Below are positions 63,365 through 64,000 of a DNA stretch of 64,000 nt, one piece after another. The DNA is from Methanobacteriota archaeon. GTDB lineage: Archaea; Halobacteriota; Bog-38; Methanoflorentales; Methanoflorentaceae. Under the pieces are notes generated by a model. The model saw only the letters and a list, made by a program, of their open reading frames with translations. It was not told the origin of the DNA and did not search any database. Numbering within the stretch: position 1 is the first letter of the stretch; every line of letters starts with the position of its first letter. The stretch spans positions 2,249,765 to 2,313,764 of the forward strand of contig OY970393.1 of assembly GCA_963720465.1 (NCBI GenBank). Direction: 5' to 3'. Position numbers and translations under genes: made by a program.

Positions 63365-63495
63365 GGAACTTACCGTTCCCCGGTACTTCGTGTTGACATC
63401 AAAAACGTGCGCCGGCAGCGGATGCTTGTAAAATCTCTAGCCCCCCCGAAACACCGCATGCCCGAAAACATAGGCGGCGCTATTCCGTTGACTTT
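63365..63495 (-). repeat. Orphan integrase 3'-end fragment K (degenerate)
   Basis: AYVFGH-GVSG...RFYKHPLPAHVFDVNTKY. Confidence 0.8.
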
Positions 63496-63593
63496 AATTG
63501 CAGAACTGTACCATACCATGCTTTAAACCGAAGCTCAGGTAGGTAATCCCCGGTTGGAGTTAACGTTCGCTATAATGCGGAGAGGTGAAAAAC

Positions 63594-63749
63594 TTGATCG
63601 AAGACGATGTTGAAGAGTTAAAAAAGCGAGTTGAGCAACTTGAGGCGTGTTGTAAAGAACTCCGCGAGAAAATACGTCCTGAAAGACTAGTGCCAGATAT
63701 TTACAGATTTGACGATGAACTGGTAAAGCGGCTAGGAGGGCGCATTTAG
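63594..63749 (+). CDS. Small coiled-coil protein
   Basis: GAGGTGA Shine-Dalgarno sequence, TTG start, EDDVEELKKRVEQLE. Confidence 0.45.
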   Translation: MIEDDVEELKKRVEQLEACCKELREKIRPERLVPDIYRFDDELVKRLGGRI

Positions 63750-64000
63750 AACCTTAGAACGGCGACGCTTACCCACCACATCTTGCACTTTTTTCTTAAA
63801 ACGACCAGGCAGTCCAGACAGTTCTTTTTGCCGAATCCGGTGGCATATTGGTCCCAGTGGCCGCAGTATAGGCGGTTGCTGTTTGAACGTGCGTTGACAT
63901 GGAAATTATCTAAAAAGACGTTAAGAATACGCGCAACGCACAAACGTGCTTTCAGACCAACGAGACTATATGTCCGCATCTTGCGAGACCTCTGTTCTAG

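Larger units (their letters stand above)
48753..64000. mobile_element. Probable second tandem element or island, extending beyond the window
   Basis: int(N)-like ORF at att, seven integrase-tail fragments, only accessory genes. Confidence 0.6.

Noticed and set aside
42490-63495. Integrase-tail repeats interpreted as CRISPR repeats or classical attC sites
   Set aside because: Spacing is kilobases, the copies are protein-coding remnants, and I see no attC-like RYYYAAC/GTTRRRY palindromic structure.
42490-63495. Age gradient (more decay with distance from the integrase) in the tail array
   Set aside because: It fits element 1 (A most decayed) but not the right-hand array, where I and K are as degenerate as E, so polarity is unsupported.

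Overview
This is a chromosomal window from a methanogen-type archaeon (Halobacteriota-like): it carries methanogenesis marker protein 14, intron-containing tRNAs, PGF-CTERM and lipobox proteins. Bases 1-26 kb are mostly housekeeping and redox genes. They also hold a small AT-rich island with two short Xer-family recombinases bounded by inverted repeats, two Cys-rich secreted paralogs and a block of frameshifted genes. A tRNA cluster (Lys, Trp, Gln, His) at 26.2-26.9 kb is followed by a ~22 kb element integrated in tRNA-His, with a 57-bp att repeat at 26847-26903 and 48753-48809. Its integrase is of the SSV1-like split ('suicidal') type, and it also encodes a P4/D5-type helicase, ParB, terminase-small-like genes and HEPN/AbiJ-like defence genes. 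A probable second tandem element starts at the second att copy and runs off the window. The most striking observation is that 11 orphan copies of the integrase 3' end (...HGVSGVDWRFYKHPLPxxVYDxYMxYW) lie in one orientation between 42.5 and 63.5 kb, each separating one to a few unrelated cargo genes. This looks like an integron-like cassette array in which the integrase's own tail serves as the junction element. All calls are from motif recognition by eye; no database searches were run.
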